Translations under genes and position numbers: made by a program
Origin: Octopus vulgaris
Lineage: Eukaryota
Assembly (NCBI GenBank): GCA_951406725.2
Contig: OX597821.1
Location: 73,532,001-73,596,000, forward strand
Length of the DNA: 64,000 nt
Reading direction: 5' to 3'
Shown here: positions 13,565 through 26,997 of the stretch, piece after piece
Layout of the letters: every line of letters starts with the position of its first letter
Numbering within the stretch: the first letter of the stretch is position 1
Notes under the pieces: generated by a model
Seen by the model: the letters and a program-made list of their open reading frames with translations, nothing else
The model's database searches: none
What the model was told of the DNA's origin: nothing

Positions 13565-14422
13565 ATGTATGTATTATTTGTATGCAAGCACTTAACTGTT
13601 CTAAGCGATATATTTATAGATTTTATCGGCCATTGCATTTAAAATACAATAAACAATCATAAACAGCCGCCATATTTATACAATTTCACCATGGCTTACA
13701 GAAAAGAGATCGTTAGGTCTTTAGGTTTAAATGTGTTGCCATTCTCATCAGTGATCGCTTAAACTGATCTTAACTTACGACTGTGAAAATGAATTTCAAA
13801 TCTGATACTAAAATTTAGTTTGAAGAACAAATAACCGTTGACACGTCACTAACTTCTTTAATTAAACCGCCAACATGTGTAAAATATTCAAATTAGTGTA
13901 CCTAATTTAATATAAATCACTAACAATCCTGGCTTTACATACAACCTTAACGTAGTCAGGTTAGAGTTGTGTCAAGAGGTTGACGATGAAAGCGTGAATC
14001 CATTCGATAGTCTAGTCCTGTCGAGCTCTCTTTTCTTGCCCATGGTCAAACTTTATAAACATCCTATCCGTCAAAAGCTGTTCAATGTATGAAATTTAAG
14101 AATTTATTTAGTTTATTAATGCTTTGGTGGTTGAAGTCTGTGCTTTTATCCCGTAGACAGTTTAGCATAAAAAAAGAAAAAGAAAAACAAACTGCGTGCG
14201 TCCGTCTGTCCGCACACACGAGTATTTATAAGAACGTTTCCATGAGAATTGTCTGCAATGTATCGTCTGCATTACCCGAAAGTCACTCATTCAAAATACA
14301 GGAATTATTGAGAAAGCAGTTTAGCCTAAGCGGAGCAACTTTAATCATGGAAACCTTGTCCTCCTTGGTTTGGCCATCTTGTTGCGACATTACGGATTCA
14401 CGATATTTGATACAAGAGTTAA

Positions 14423-14846
14423 GGTGGCGAGCTGGCTGAATCGTTAGCACGCCGGGCGAAATGCCTAGCAGTATTTCATCTGTCTTTACATTCTGAGTTC
14501 AAATTCCGCTGAGGTCGACTTTGCCTTTCATCCTTTCGGGGTTGATAAATTAAGTACCAGTTACGCACTGATGTCGATATAATCGACTTAATCCGTTTGT
14601 CTGCCCTTGTTTGTCCTCTCTATGTTTAGCCCCTTGTGGGTAGTAAAGAAATAGGTATTTCGTCTGCCGCTACGTTCTGAGTTCAAATTCCGCCGAGGTC
14701 GACTTTGTCCTTTCATCCTTTCGGGGTCGATTAAACAAGTACCAGTTACGCACTGGGGTAGATATAATCGACTTAATCCGTTTGTCTGTCCTTGTTTGTC
14801 CTCTCTGTGTTTAACCCCTTGTGGGTAGTAAAGAAATAGGTATTTC
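14423..14846 (+). mobile_element. tRNA-derived SINE family A with internal tandem duplication
   Basis: Head GGTGGCGAGCTGGCTGAATCGTTAGCACGCCGGGCGAAATG, B box GAGTTCAAATTCC, central CCTTTCATCCTTTCGGGGT.GAT.AA..AAGTACCAG (recalls the Meta-type SINE domain) present twice. Confidence 0.9.
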
Positions 14847-15259
14847 ATACAAGCGCCCATATACAAGATAGCAAATGCTATATTATGAACACACACACAC
14901 ACACACGTGAAGGTACATCGTGTCCTTGTCAGTCTTAACCACCGTAAGATCATTATTTCGATCCTTGTAGCTGTCCGTGTGTTTTGTTCATAAGCGAAAT
15001 GCATCACTTCACGTTGTCCCCACTCAGCTAAATACAAACGCAAGGCTGATTTGAGAGTAATACGGGCCCCCGAGTAAAACAATGCACTGGACCCTATAGT
15101 ATTTATCGAAAGCAAATCGAAGCATAGAGAGACCTTAGTTGGGCCCTACACCGATGAGACCCCTAGGCAAACGTCAAGTGTGTCCATGATTTAAGACCTC
15201 ATTGCATACAAGCACTAACGCCGCCACAACCACCACCACCACTACTACTACTACTATAG

Positions 15260-15315
<56 letters not shown>

Positions 15316-15464
15316 TAAGGCTGGAAATTAACCTTGCGACCGACTCTGGTCCTATCTAATGAGGAACCTTGAATACTGAGTCGCTCAAAAGCTTTAGAAA
15401 ACAATAATCTCCAGTTTAATATTTCTGAAAGTTCGAGACAGACTAACTTTTTTAAGTATACACT

Positions 15465-15556
<92 letters not shown>

Positions 15557-16155
15557 ATTCCCAATATAACAGCACTCCAATGGATTTAGAGGTTAGCATA
15601 CAGATACACATAAAAATCATCCTAATATCATAAAGCATTAAAAAACAAACAAACAAAAACACCGATGGAATGTGAGATTTCTGAGAAGTATTAACAAAAG
15701 ACTATATAAAGATTTACTTGTGGAATTGGCAGTGTGTATGCACGCGGCCGTATGAAATATAGATATACATGGTTCGATATAATACAAATATATGGCCCTT
15801 AAGCGCTGCCATAGTTGAGATTCTGTCACAGGTCATCCCTTTTCTCGAAATGTCTATGGCCAAAAGGAATCCAGTTTGTCTCATCCAAGCACGAATGTCT
15901 CCATTATTTTATAAACGTATTCACAAATACATTTAATATCCGATAAGATTTAGGATTCAAACTTCCTAATAAGAATATATCTGGCGTTACTTGACCAACA
16001 ATCTTTGTTACTAAGTGGCCACGACTATCCCAAGGTAAGCTTCCGACAAACGGCTTCAATGTCCGGCGTAATACTTCAAATATTAATTGAAACAAACCAG
16101 AAAGAAGAAAGACAAGCTGATTCGAATTGGTATAGGTAAATATTTATGATAAACT

Positions 16156-16287
16156 GTTTCCGTCTACCAAATCTTCTCACAAGGCTTTGGTCGGCCCGGG
16201 GCTATAGTAGAAGACACTTGCCCAAGGTGCCACGTAGTGGGACTGAACCCGGAACGATGTGGTTGGCAAGCAAGCTACTTACCACAC
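16156..16287 (-). mobile_element. SINE family B, 5' half
   Basis: GAAGACACTTGCCCAAGGTGCCACGTAGTGGGACTGAACCCGGAAC. Confidence 0.85.
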
Positions 16288-16466
16288 ACACACACATATA
16301 TATATGTATATATCTTAGGTAGAGTTTAGGATAATTTATGAAATAAGTGAAACGTTTATCTAAGGGGCCTACCTTAGCCTCTCACAAGGAGATGAAGCTC
16401 CTTCAGAATTGTAAGCTCGGGGCAGCTGACCTCTTCATAATGAAACCTTACTGTTTTGGCCGACTT

Positions 16467-16511
<45 letters not shown>

Positions 16512-16859
16512 ACGCACACGCACACGCACACCATAAAAATTTAGAAACTTCAGGAGACATGGAACGAGTGTTTTTTTTTCTCGGTGAGACTCGCAGTGTA
16601 TAAATCTAAAATTTACGCCGTAACGAATATTGGATTAAAAACCACGTTGGGTAGCCGCCTTCGGCTTCTTCCACCCACGGTTTTTCCTTTTTTTTAAAAA
16701 CACAACGAATATCTACACGCTATTTTATATGTGTGTGTGTGTGTGTGTGTGTATGTCCGTGCGAAAATCTACCTATCGATATACATATATATATACACAC
16801 ATATATATACACATGCATACACTTCACCAACACCAAACCATCCTTTTTATGCCCAGAGA

Positions 16860-16913
<54 letters not shown>

Positions 16914-16980
16914 ACTGTACTGTAAACCACTTTCATCGTAAATAGCATCAGATTAATCGGAAACAAATCACTTCTTCACA

Positions 16981-17017
<37 letters not shown>

Positions 17018-17698
17018 CACTGATTGGTGTATTTATTAATTCTACAGTTTTTTTTATGCATTTCAGTATGTGTCAGTATATGTATTTGTATGTACGTACG
17101 TACGTACGTGTGTATGTATGTATGTATGTATGTATGTATGTATGTATGTATGTATGTATGTATGTATGTATGTATGTATGTATGTATGTGTGTGTGTATG
17201 TGTGTTTGTGTTTGGAGTAAGTATTGTCGTTTACCATCAAACACAGAGCAGCGATGTATCTTTATTTTTGTGAAAACACCAACAAAGCAAATGTTACTTT
17301 TACACTAAGTATATTTTCATGTTAGCTTAAAAGCTGTATTTTAGCGCACGAACCAACCGTTGGCCGGTTCGCGTGTTGGCTGTGTCTAGGTAAGCCTTGT
17401 AATGGTCGACTGATTTCACAGCAAACATGGCTACGGTGAAGCGGCGCGAAATGATCAAAAGAGGGAAAAAATGGTTTGCCTTCACAACTAGATAGCATTT
17501 CCCTTGCTTCTCACTAAGCTATTAGCTGCCATGGTGAGTATTTCTCCCCTGAACTCAGTCGCTGCCAGTGTCGAGAATAACATTAGACGACACACTCAAT
17601 CAATACGACCAACTCATACAACACATTAAACATATGTGTGTGTGTGTGTATGTGTGTGTGTATGTGTGTGTGTGTGTGTGTGCGTGTGAATACCTTTG

Positions 17699-17766
<68 letters not shown>

Positions 17767-17906
17767 CGCATATAAACGTACACAGGTATGATATATGTAT
17801 ATGAGTGTGTGTGTGCATGTGTGTGTATATATATATATGTACTCACATATGTATGCATATAGAAATGTGCGCACTTATGTATGTATGTATGTATGTGCGT
17901 GTGTAA

Positions 17907-17952
<46 letters not shown>

Positions 17953-18246
17953 GTACTCACATGTATGCATATATAACGGTGCACACATATGTATGTATGC
18001 ATGTACGTGCGTGTGTGAATATATATATATATTTCTATCTATCTATATTTATTGGTATACACCCCCACATCAGCTTCCATCACATACAGTTACATAGACT
18101 TACGCTCTCAAGCACCTCCCACGTACTCCCCCATTTACAGTTAAATACAAAAAGAGACAGCCATTCCTGTCTCTCCTTTAGATTTGGAATCCAGCCAATT
18201 ACAAAAAAACAACAACAAAAATCTCAGATAAAAAATAATTTTAATG

Positions 18247-18280
<34 letters not shown>

Positions 18281-18412
18281 GTGAACGAAAGAATAACTGG
18301 GAAAAATAACCCAAAGATGTCACTTCCTCTGAATATTGAAAAATGTAGTCCTAGGGAATTAATATACACGTATTTTAGCTCATGAAAATCGCATTAAATC
18401 ATAACTTTCATA

Positions 18413-18645
18413 TACGAAGAGGTGGAGTTGGGGGTGGCTGGAAAGTTCCTGGCTTTAAGGGTGTCGCGAAAGACCTTGTTGGAGGCCCAACCTTCCGAGT
18501 TCTTTTAAAGGGCTTAGAAAAACTGAAGGACTGTCGCAATAAGTGTGTGAAACCGAGAGGGGAATATGTTGAGTAAAATCATAATTAACTAATCCTCTTG
18601 TATTTTCTTTTACCCAAAGCCAGGAACTTTTTAGCGTCCCCTTGT
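18413..18645 (+). mobile_element. Mariner-derived MITE (internal deletion derivative)
   Basis: Inverted termini AAAGTTCCTGGCTTT / AAAGCCAGGAACTTT; retains transposase C-terminus GLEKLKDCRNKCVKPRGEYVE*. Confidence 0.85.
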
Positions 18646-18849
18646 GTGTGTGTGAGTATGACTAAATTCAGACCACAACAGACAGAGATGTTCTTGAAGC
18701 CGACGATTTTGAACTTACGGAGACAATATTTATCTATCGCCTGAAGAAACACAACTAGATCTCACAATGCAGGGAAACGGTTGCATAACATGTACCTGCA
18801 CGCCTGGAGAACTACGTTGCGTGGAAACAATTGTAGTGATTATAAAATA

Positions 18850-19597
18850 AATGTCCAAACCAGACCCCTTCATGTTGACAGGATTCTTTTCTTTGCTAAG
18901 TGTGGAGGAGAATCCTCGTTGCAAAGCCTCTGGCATAGCAGGATAAATTGCTGTCAGTCCCAGAACAGCTGTTAGGTATCTTGGTTACTATGGCAGAGTA
19001 GCAAGAAGGAAGCCAACATCAAGCGCAGAAAAGATTGGGTCAGTGAGATCGTGGAGACGCCACTAGCATTTTGGGACACTATCATATTCTCTGATGAGTC
19101 CAGATTTGCTGTTGCCCGACAGTGATCAAGTGTGGGTCTAGAGACTCTGTGATCAAGGATTTGATGTGAAAAGATTGCAGCCAACAATGAAACACGGCAG
19201 CTATTCTATGATAGTCTATGGAGCAATTTGGAGGAATGGTCGATTAGAGTTGGTGGAGTGTGAGGGAAACATACATTCAGATAAATATGTGTCCACATTG
19301 CAGAAAGGACTCCTTCTAATCTTCTCCAGTGGTGAAATGATTTAAGAAGACTATTTATAGAAAATGGTGCTCCTTGTCATACGGCTAAAATGACCCAAGA
19401 TTTGTTGGATGAGAATGGCATGAAAAAGTTCCCATGGCCAAACCAGTCACCAGATATGAACCCCGTTGAACTCCTCTGGAGCATAATAGACAAGACACTT
19501 CGTAAAAAGAACAGGAAAGCATCCTGGAAGCCAGAGTTTTTGAGACTACTGCGTGAAACTTGACAAGAAATTTCCCAAGAGAATATTGCATCATTAC
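18850..19597 (+). pseudogene. Tc1-family DD34E transposase pseudogene
   Basis: GYYGRVARRKP, FWDTIIFSDESRF, PTMKHGSYSMIVYG, ENGAPCHT...WPNQSPDMNPVE; 34 residues between the mutated second D (now N) and E; frameshifts and stops. Confidence 0.9.
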
Positions 19598-20470
19598 TCA
19601 TGTAGATTCCCAGTTCATGCACTGAATTTGACTCTGGGTTTGCATTACCCGCTGGTCCTGTATATTCTGAATGTAGTCTGTTTGTGGGCCAATAGTGAAG
19701 AGCTTGAGACCTCTCAGCATTGAACTGCATGCTATATGGTGCAAACAAGAAATGAAATGCCTGACTAAAGTCAGAGAGGAAGACAAGATTGCGTTTTTAA
19801 GTAAAGAGTGGCTGTAGAGATGAGAGGCAGCAGAAGTGATGCAGTTGTTGGTATATTGAGAGGCTAAAAAGTGCTTTTATATTCAAAATAGCAATACTGT
19901 GCAGGCGAGTAGCTGGATGGATTCTGAGATCATTGAGAACCAGGAAAAAGGATACCATGCTGCTCCCATCAATCGTCTGGATTACTACTCCCAACTGTGT
20001 TCGACTCAGAGCGCCAAGCTGGTGGCGAAACTTGAGGCTACGCGAACTGAAGTTCCATTCCCTGGAGAGAAGGCTTCAAAGATATGCAGTGATATACATT
20101 TAGAAGATACTGGAAGGTCTTGCTGCCAACTTTGAAATTGAAATCTATACCAACCACCGAACTGGATGGCACGGTACAGTACTAAAGATCCCAGTTTCTC
20201 CATCTGGAATAAGGACCCAGTACAGTAACAGTTGGGGTTTTAAGGGTCCACAACTATTCAACGTTCTGCCAAACAATTTTAGAGATTTGCGAAGTTTTCA
20301 AAGTGCGTCTGGACAAATTTTTTATCTGAGATATCTGAAGAACCGACATCGTGGCAGGAAGAGCAGCTCCATCCAACTGGTAATCTCATAGGAAACAGTA
20401 CAGAAAAGACAATCAGACATACTGAAAGGCGGTGCTCCAGCAAGGCCACAGCCTCTGGCTGAAACTTGTA
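19580..20470 (+). mobile_element. CR1/L2-type LINE 3' end with an inverted upstream segment (19580-19750 on minus)
   Basis: Minus: MQFNAERSQALHY...VHELGIYMSND. Plus: CRRVAGWILRSLRTR, NRLDYYSQL, SLERRLQRYAVIYI*KIL, FKGPQLFNVLP, then a 3' tail at 20425-20470. Confidence 0.8.
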
Positions 20471-20729
20471 GAGACCGTCTTGCTTTTCACTTTGTCATTT
20501 GTTATTTCGTTTCCTTCTTGGACTACTTTCTTCCCAGTCACTTCTATCATCTTCTCGACTCTTTACCAGTGTCTTGCGCTATTCTTACCCTCACTCAATA
20601 CAATCTTTTAAAACTCTTTTCTCTGATTTTTGAATGCTTGTTTCATAACAGCACGCCTAAAATCCTGGCTTTCATCCTGTGTCCTTCTCAATTTTCTTCT
20701 TTTCCTAATAAATTTCTCTTCTTTTTTTT

Positions 20730-20757
20730 CTGATGAAGGACTAACGTCCGAAACATA
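20730..20757 (+). ncRNA. Decayed hammerhead motif (likely PLE pLTR remnant)
   Basis: CTGATGA-A-GGAC(taac)GTCC-GAAA-CA-TA; core and stem II intact, stems I and III disrupted. Confidence 0.5.
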
Positions 20758-20805
20758 CTTTTCAAACTTTCTTCCACTTGTATTGGTCTTTTTAATATTT
20801 ATTTC

Positions 20806-20868
<63 letters not shown>

Positions 20869-21089
20869 ACACACATTGCCAACTACACACATACAAATAG
20901 AATACATTCACATGAAAACATTTTTCAATATTCATAATTATATATATGTATGTGTGTGAGCGTTTTGCATGTGTGTGTGTACACACACAGGCATATACAA
21001 TCTCACGCGCATACACACATTTATTTATATTGAAAAACACCCTTTCACGTGACTATATTCTTTATGCCATTGTATGTTTAAATACCAAT

Positions 21090-21199
21090 ATATATATTAC
21101 ACATATTTATAAGTACATGTACACATACACACATATATATATATATATACAGACATACATATATGCACACACATTTATATACACACACACATATATTAT

Positions 21200-21242
<43 letters not shown>

Positions 21243-21592
21243 CATACATATATATGCACACATACACATACATACACACATACACACACATATATACACA
21301 TACATACATACACATACACGCATATACACGTACATATATACAAGTTCGTACACACATATACATACACGCACATATATATACACACACACACACACATATA
21401 TATATACACACACATTTATATACACACATACATATATACGCACACACATATATACACACACATACATATATATACACACACACGCATATATATATATACA
21501 CACACACACATATATATATATATACACATACATATATATATATATTTATATGTATGTATGTATGTGTGTATGTATGAGTGTGTGTGTGTGTT
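21090..21592. repeat. Degenerate (TA/CA)n purine-pyrimidine microsatellite field
   Basis: Direct reading; explains the H/T/Y/I-rich pseudo-ORFs. Confidence 0.95.
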
Positions 21593-21728
21593 TGTATAAA
21601 ATATGACTTCTCGGTAAAGGAAAGATCAACCGTAAAATACGAGATGGAAAGTGTAATGGAGAGTGAGAGAGAATACAAGAATGATAGATATAGGTAAACA
21701 GCGAGAGAGAGAGAGAGAGAGAGAGATA

Positions 21729-21763
<35 letters not shown>

Positions 21764-23197
21764 TGAGAGAGAGAGAGAGTTAGTGAGATGGTGTGGAAGG
21801 AGATATTTTAAACTATATTTTCGCATCTTGTGTGAGTAAAATCGCTTTCTATTTTGCTAACCAAGAGAACAACACAAAGACAGAAATATTTCATGACCAA
21901 CACAATCAGATAAGTTTCGTTGATGTACATCATCTTCTCCGTTCTCAGCTATACAACTATAATAGCAGTCCAAGTCTGTTCTGTTATCTACTAACAATGA
22001 AATGTTGGCGATTCACACCATCTTTTTTCTTTCTTTTTTTTTTTTTGCTTGGTAGGGGGTGACGGCGGTGGTTGTAAGAGTAATTGTTGTTGCTAATGTT
22101 GTTTTAGTGTTGTGTTTGCTCTGGTCGAGCAAATATTTGATCAAAAGCTTTCCTGCCATTACCGACCCATCTTTTTTATTCAGACATATCATACCAAGAA
22201 CGACATTCCAATTGTGCCCCCCGGTATTTTAAAATGGTCGGCTGTTATTTGAGGAAAATTTCGTTGCTGTTTTTAAAATGTCCAGCGCCAACGTAGGAAG
22301 GACTTCGGTGACATTTTTGGGGAAGTGAATGCAATTTCAGTTCTAAGACTCCTCCAGTTTGGCAGTGAAATGCTTCAAATTGTGGCCGATGCTTGGATGT
22401 GACCTGTTCTTCATAAACCAAACCTGGAGAGCACAAGATCAATAGAAGAGTTGACAACAGAAAAGTTTGGTCTGAAATTTCTTGTATGGTTTGCTGTTGT
22501 CTCGATGCCTTTAGAAATTCTGGCTCGAGAGAAACGATTCCCCTAATTTTCAGTTGCCATATTTTGCCTAAACTGGCTCTTGTCTGAACTGTTGCCTGAA
22601 GATATTCTGGTCTAACACTTTGTAGCCATTCCTCTATGTTGCAATTGGTTAAGGCAAAAAATCACAGGCAGATAAATTTAGTGAAGTGAAAGAGCTCAAC
22701 CAGGATCGTTTGATAATCGGTGTTGGTGTGTTTACGTCCCCGTAACTTAGCGGTTCGGCAAAAGGCCGATGAAATAAGTGCCAAGATTTTAGAAAATAAG
22801 TCCTGGTGTCTATTCATTCGACTAAAAATTCTTGAAGGCGGTGCCCCAGCATGGCCCGGCATCTTTCTGTTTGGTGTTGACCTTTGTTTCAAGGATATAC
22901 CTTATCTGCCAGGCAAGGGCCACGGGTTGGCGACGGTGCTTTCTTGGCACCTTGGTAGAATTTAACTCAGAGAGCCGCAATAAATCACGCCAAACATTGG
23001 TTCGATCATTCTAACAGTTCTACTAATCCACCGCATGGATTTGTACTTTATTTATCGACTCCGAAAGTTGACTCAACGAGATTTGATCCCTGACTGCAGA
23101 GAATTACAACGAATACCGCGAGGCTTTCTTTCCCACTCATAAACAACTCCATAATGGCTCAAGTATCTTCTCTCTCAATTTTCCTGTTTTTTTTTTT

Positions 23198-23530
23198 ACT
23201 TGTTTTAGACTTTGGACTGCGGCCATGCTAGGACTCAGTCATGAAGGGTTTAGCCTAACGAATAGGCCCCAGTACTTATTTTAAAGTCTGGTTCTTATTC
23301 TATCGGAATCTTTTGCGAAACGCTAAGTTACAGAGACGTAAACAAACCAGTTGCGGTTATCACGCAATGGTGGACACACACGCGCGCGCGCGATGAGATT
23401 CTGCACAGTTTCCATCTCCCAAATCCAATCACAAGGCTTTGGCCGGTCCCAAGGCTATAGTTGAAGACACTTGCCCAAGGTGCCACGCTGTGGGACTGAA
23501 CTCGAAACCATATGGTTGCAAAGCGAACCA
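23198..23530 (-). mobile_element. SINE family B (3' fragment of another copy at 22711-22856, +)
   Basis: GAAGACACTTGCCCAAGGTGCCACGCTGTGGGACTGAAC; tail GACTGCGGCCATGCT. Confidence 0.85.
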
Positions 23531-24153
23531 AATAAAAGAGAGAAAGTTACTAGATCTTAGTGCAGGGGTGTGGACCAAATGAATTCAAAGACTTAGTTTA
23601 CAATAACCACCACCACCACTGCAAGTAGACAGACAAAGAAAGTACTTTGTTCTCAGCATCAGAATCTGGCGGCCAAAGAGAGCACCGAGAAACTGAGGTG
23701 TCCCCAGCCACACCCACAGCATAAAAGCAGCCAGAAGTGACAACCAATAGTTTCACTCTATCGTCGCAAGAGGCAGAATGGAGAAGGATGGAAAATATCA
23801 GGGACAGCTAAAATAAAAATAAAAAGGAACGGGCCCAGAACGAAGACAAGTGAAGCACATGAAGAGTGCGTTACCTAACCTGGGGCTGCATGAGATCAAC
23901 GATTCTTCAAATCGACAAAGAAGACCCGATAAGTTTACTGTAAGACTCAAAAGAAGCGAAAGGCATGATGAATGGAGAATTAGGTACGATTGGGTGGAAT
24001 TAGCCGAGTTAACTTCGAAGAAACCCAGGACGGACTTTCTGCAAAAACAGCCTTCAGCCCGATTACATTTCGGGAGCGGAATGTAATCGGGTTGAGAGGT
24101 GATCTGATTAATCTAGTTGGCAAGTTCTCATCCGTGTGAAGTAGTGATGGTTT

Positions 24154-24217
<64 letters not shown>

Positions 24218-24316
24218 ACCGACCAGACCATTAGATGTTGTTACACATCGCTGGTCACAATGCGTTCGCATTGTTTTAGCCTTCGAATGACGCCACCCCG
24301 CTGGCTAATCGAGCAG

Positions 24317-24365
<49 letters not shown>

Positions 24366-24764
24366 ATTGATTGATTGCTGACCCTTTTCACCAATCTGTC
24401 CACTCTAGGCGTCCCTACACTCACACACTATCAATGCTATTGCGGTTTCTGCTGTCTCGTGCACGGTTGAACGAGCCATTCATATATAAGAATTAGGTTT
24501 GCTCGAAATGAGGAGCAGATAGACAGCCGACAACTGATGAAAGGACGTTCTTTGCGTTACTTGTCCTGTTTTCCATTATTTTTCTCTCGTTGTTTGCGTA
24601 TTGAACTCATTTGCTTTCGTATTTCATGTTGTTTACTGTTGGTGACGTCCCGTACTCATATATGTATGGGCGTGTGTGTATATTCATATTATATACATTT
24701 ATATCATTTATATTATTATTATTTACATTATATATATATGTATATACATACATAAACACACACA

Positions 24765-24816
<52 letters not shown>

Positions 24817-24837
24817 ATATATATATAAATAAGGATA

Positions 24838-25159
24838 AAGACCCCCCTTCGGTTATGAATGACCATGGGATTGAACATAGAAAGTTCCCCTTCCGAGGCA
24901 CAAGTCCGGGCAAAGTTGTTTATGAAAGATCAGCTGTTGCCCAAGCACACCTGTCTCCCCTCTCCGCGTCACCGATGTTATCTAAGGGAAAGGCAAAGGG
25001 GCCAATACAGCCTGGCACCTGAGACGTCGCAACTCATTTCTACAGCTGAGGGAACTGGAGCAGCGTGGGATAAAGAACACCACACACAACCCGGGCCGGT
25101 AATCAAACTCATTATCTCATGATTACGAGCCCGACGCCCTAACCACTGAGCCATGCGCC

Positions 25160-25164
<5 letters not shown>
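24838..25164 (-). mobile_element. tRNA-derived SINE with a family C-type head and an alternative tail
   Basis: Minus head GTGAAGGCGCATGGCTCAGTGGTTAGGGCGTCGGGCTCGTAATC; shares GCTCCAGT..CTCAGCTG..AAATGAGTTG with family C, then diverges. Confidence 0.8.
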
Positions 25165-25248
<84 letters not shown>

Positions 25249-25378
25249 TTGTTAAGTGGCATGGGTACAAAGTGATTCTCAGGTCAAGAGTTTCGTGAGC
25301 GAAACTGCCAGTCCTTAAGTCACTTTGCGTCTTCTGACGATTAAAAGTGACAAAAAGAGAACCATTTATCTAGATTCG

Positions 25379-25757
25379 TTTCTACTCTTGGCAGAAGGCC
25401 TGAAATTTTGGGGGAAGCGGCCAGTCGATTATATCGACCCCAGTACGCAACTGGTACTTAATTTATCGACCCCGAAAGGATGAAAGGCGGAATTTGAAAT
25501 CAGAACGTAAAGACAGACGAAATACCTATTTCTTTACTACCCACAAGGGGCTAAACACAGAGGGGACAAACAAGGACAGACAAACAGATTAAGTCTATTA
25601 TATCGACCCCAGTGCGTAACTGGTACTCAATTTATCGACCCCGAAAGGATGAAAGGCAAAGTCGACCGCTCTGGAATTTGAACTCAGAACGTAAAGACAG
25701 ATGAAATACCGCTAAGCATTTCGCCCGGCGTGCTAACGTTTCTGCCAGCTCGCCGCC
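25379..25757 (-). mobile_element. SINE family A, dimeric
   Basis: Two TTTATCGACCCCGAAAGGATGAAAGGC blocks; head ends GCCAGCTCGCCGCC. Confidence 0.9.
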
Positions 25758-26275
25758 TTTATCTAAATTGGTTCTCTCTAATGTGACAAAATGTGATTCG
25801 AAGTAGTGAATGTATTTGCTATTTCTAGCAGGACATGAGACCACGTATAGACAACCACGTAAGAAAACTAGTTATGCATATTTGCGTACGCACGCGTACG
25901 TATGTGTGTGTATATGCATCATGTGCAACATGCACAGAACAACAACAAGAACGCAAACTGTGATATGTTTGTGTTTTTGTAGGTTTAATAACCGAGGTCA
26001 GGGAAACTTCGGACGTTGGCATTGATAATGTTGTTGAGTGTTGTTTGATAATGTTGTTGACAACGAAGTCGATTTGGCCAAATCAACAAACAGACCAGCC
26101 AAAGTGACAAAGGACGGACAAACACAGGATTAGATAATAGAATATATATATATATATATATATATATACACTTAACAAATTCTACATGCGTGTATAGCAT
26201 TTCATTGCTCCAGGTTTGTGTGTTCGGATGTGGAATGTGTGTATACACACACACACACACACAGACAGACAGACA

Positions 26276-26319
<44 letters not shown>

Positions 26320-26504
26320 TGTATGTGTGCGAATGCTTGCATCTACATGTGTATGTGTATGTATAATGGTATTTGTAATCCCAACATGTTTTGCGTATGA
26401 TTATTGTATGCTTACAAAGCCGGAATATGTGTATGTATGTGTGTACATAGGCGAGTGTATGTATAAGCATGTGTGTGTATATATCTGCGTGTATACACAC
26501 AAAC

Positions 26505-26589
<85 letters not shown>

Positions 26590-26933
26590 CATATATATAT
26601 AATGAATGAGTGTATGATATAGAAAACAATGCTGTCAGTTTTCGGCGACTCTTCTCCTCCTTCCGAGATGTCCGCAAGAAAAGTAAATGAAGAACATGAA
26701 GAAGAAGAAGAAGAAGAAGATGAAGAATAGTGAGGAACATGAGAAGATTGACATTGCCTGAGGGTAACGTCGCCAAAGTGAATCAGGGAAATCTTCTAGG
26801 CATAAACACCCGAAGGGATGACTAAAAGACGCGCAATCAACGCGATCTGAATGGCTGCTAGCGTCGTCAACAGAGCCGAATCGGCAAGCAACCGGCGCTT
26901 CTTGCTCACCATCACCTCAAACACACACACACA

Positions 26934-26997
<64 letters not shown>

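Noticed and set aside
15041-15204. Possible hAT MITE
   Set aside because: TIRs too degenerate and no matching 8-bp TSD
15261-15315. (CAG)n as a polyglutamine exon
   Set aside because: Not part of any ORF in the track, TAG/TAA triplets lie close on both sides, and there is no coding context
20946-21678. Long overlapping ORFs up to 217 aa (likewise 7582-8223 and 25985-26776)
   Set aside because: Stop-free microsatellite translations (HT/YI/CV/LSIY runs) open in several frames
24529-24565. Hammerhead at GACAA-CTGATGA...TTGTC
   Set aside because: Stem I-like pairing is present but there is no GAAA half-core
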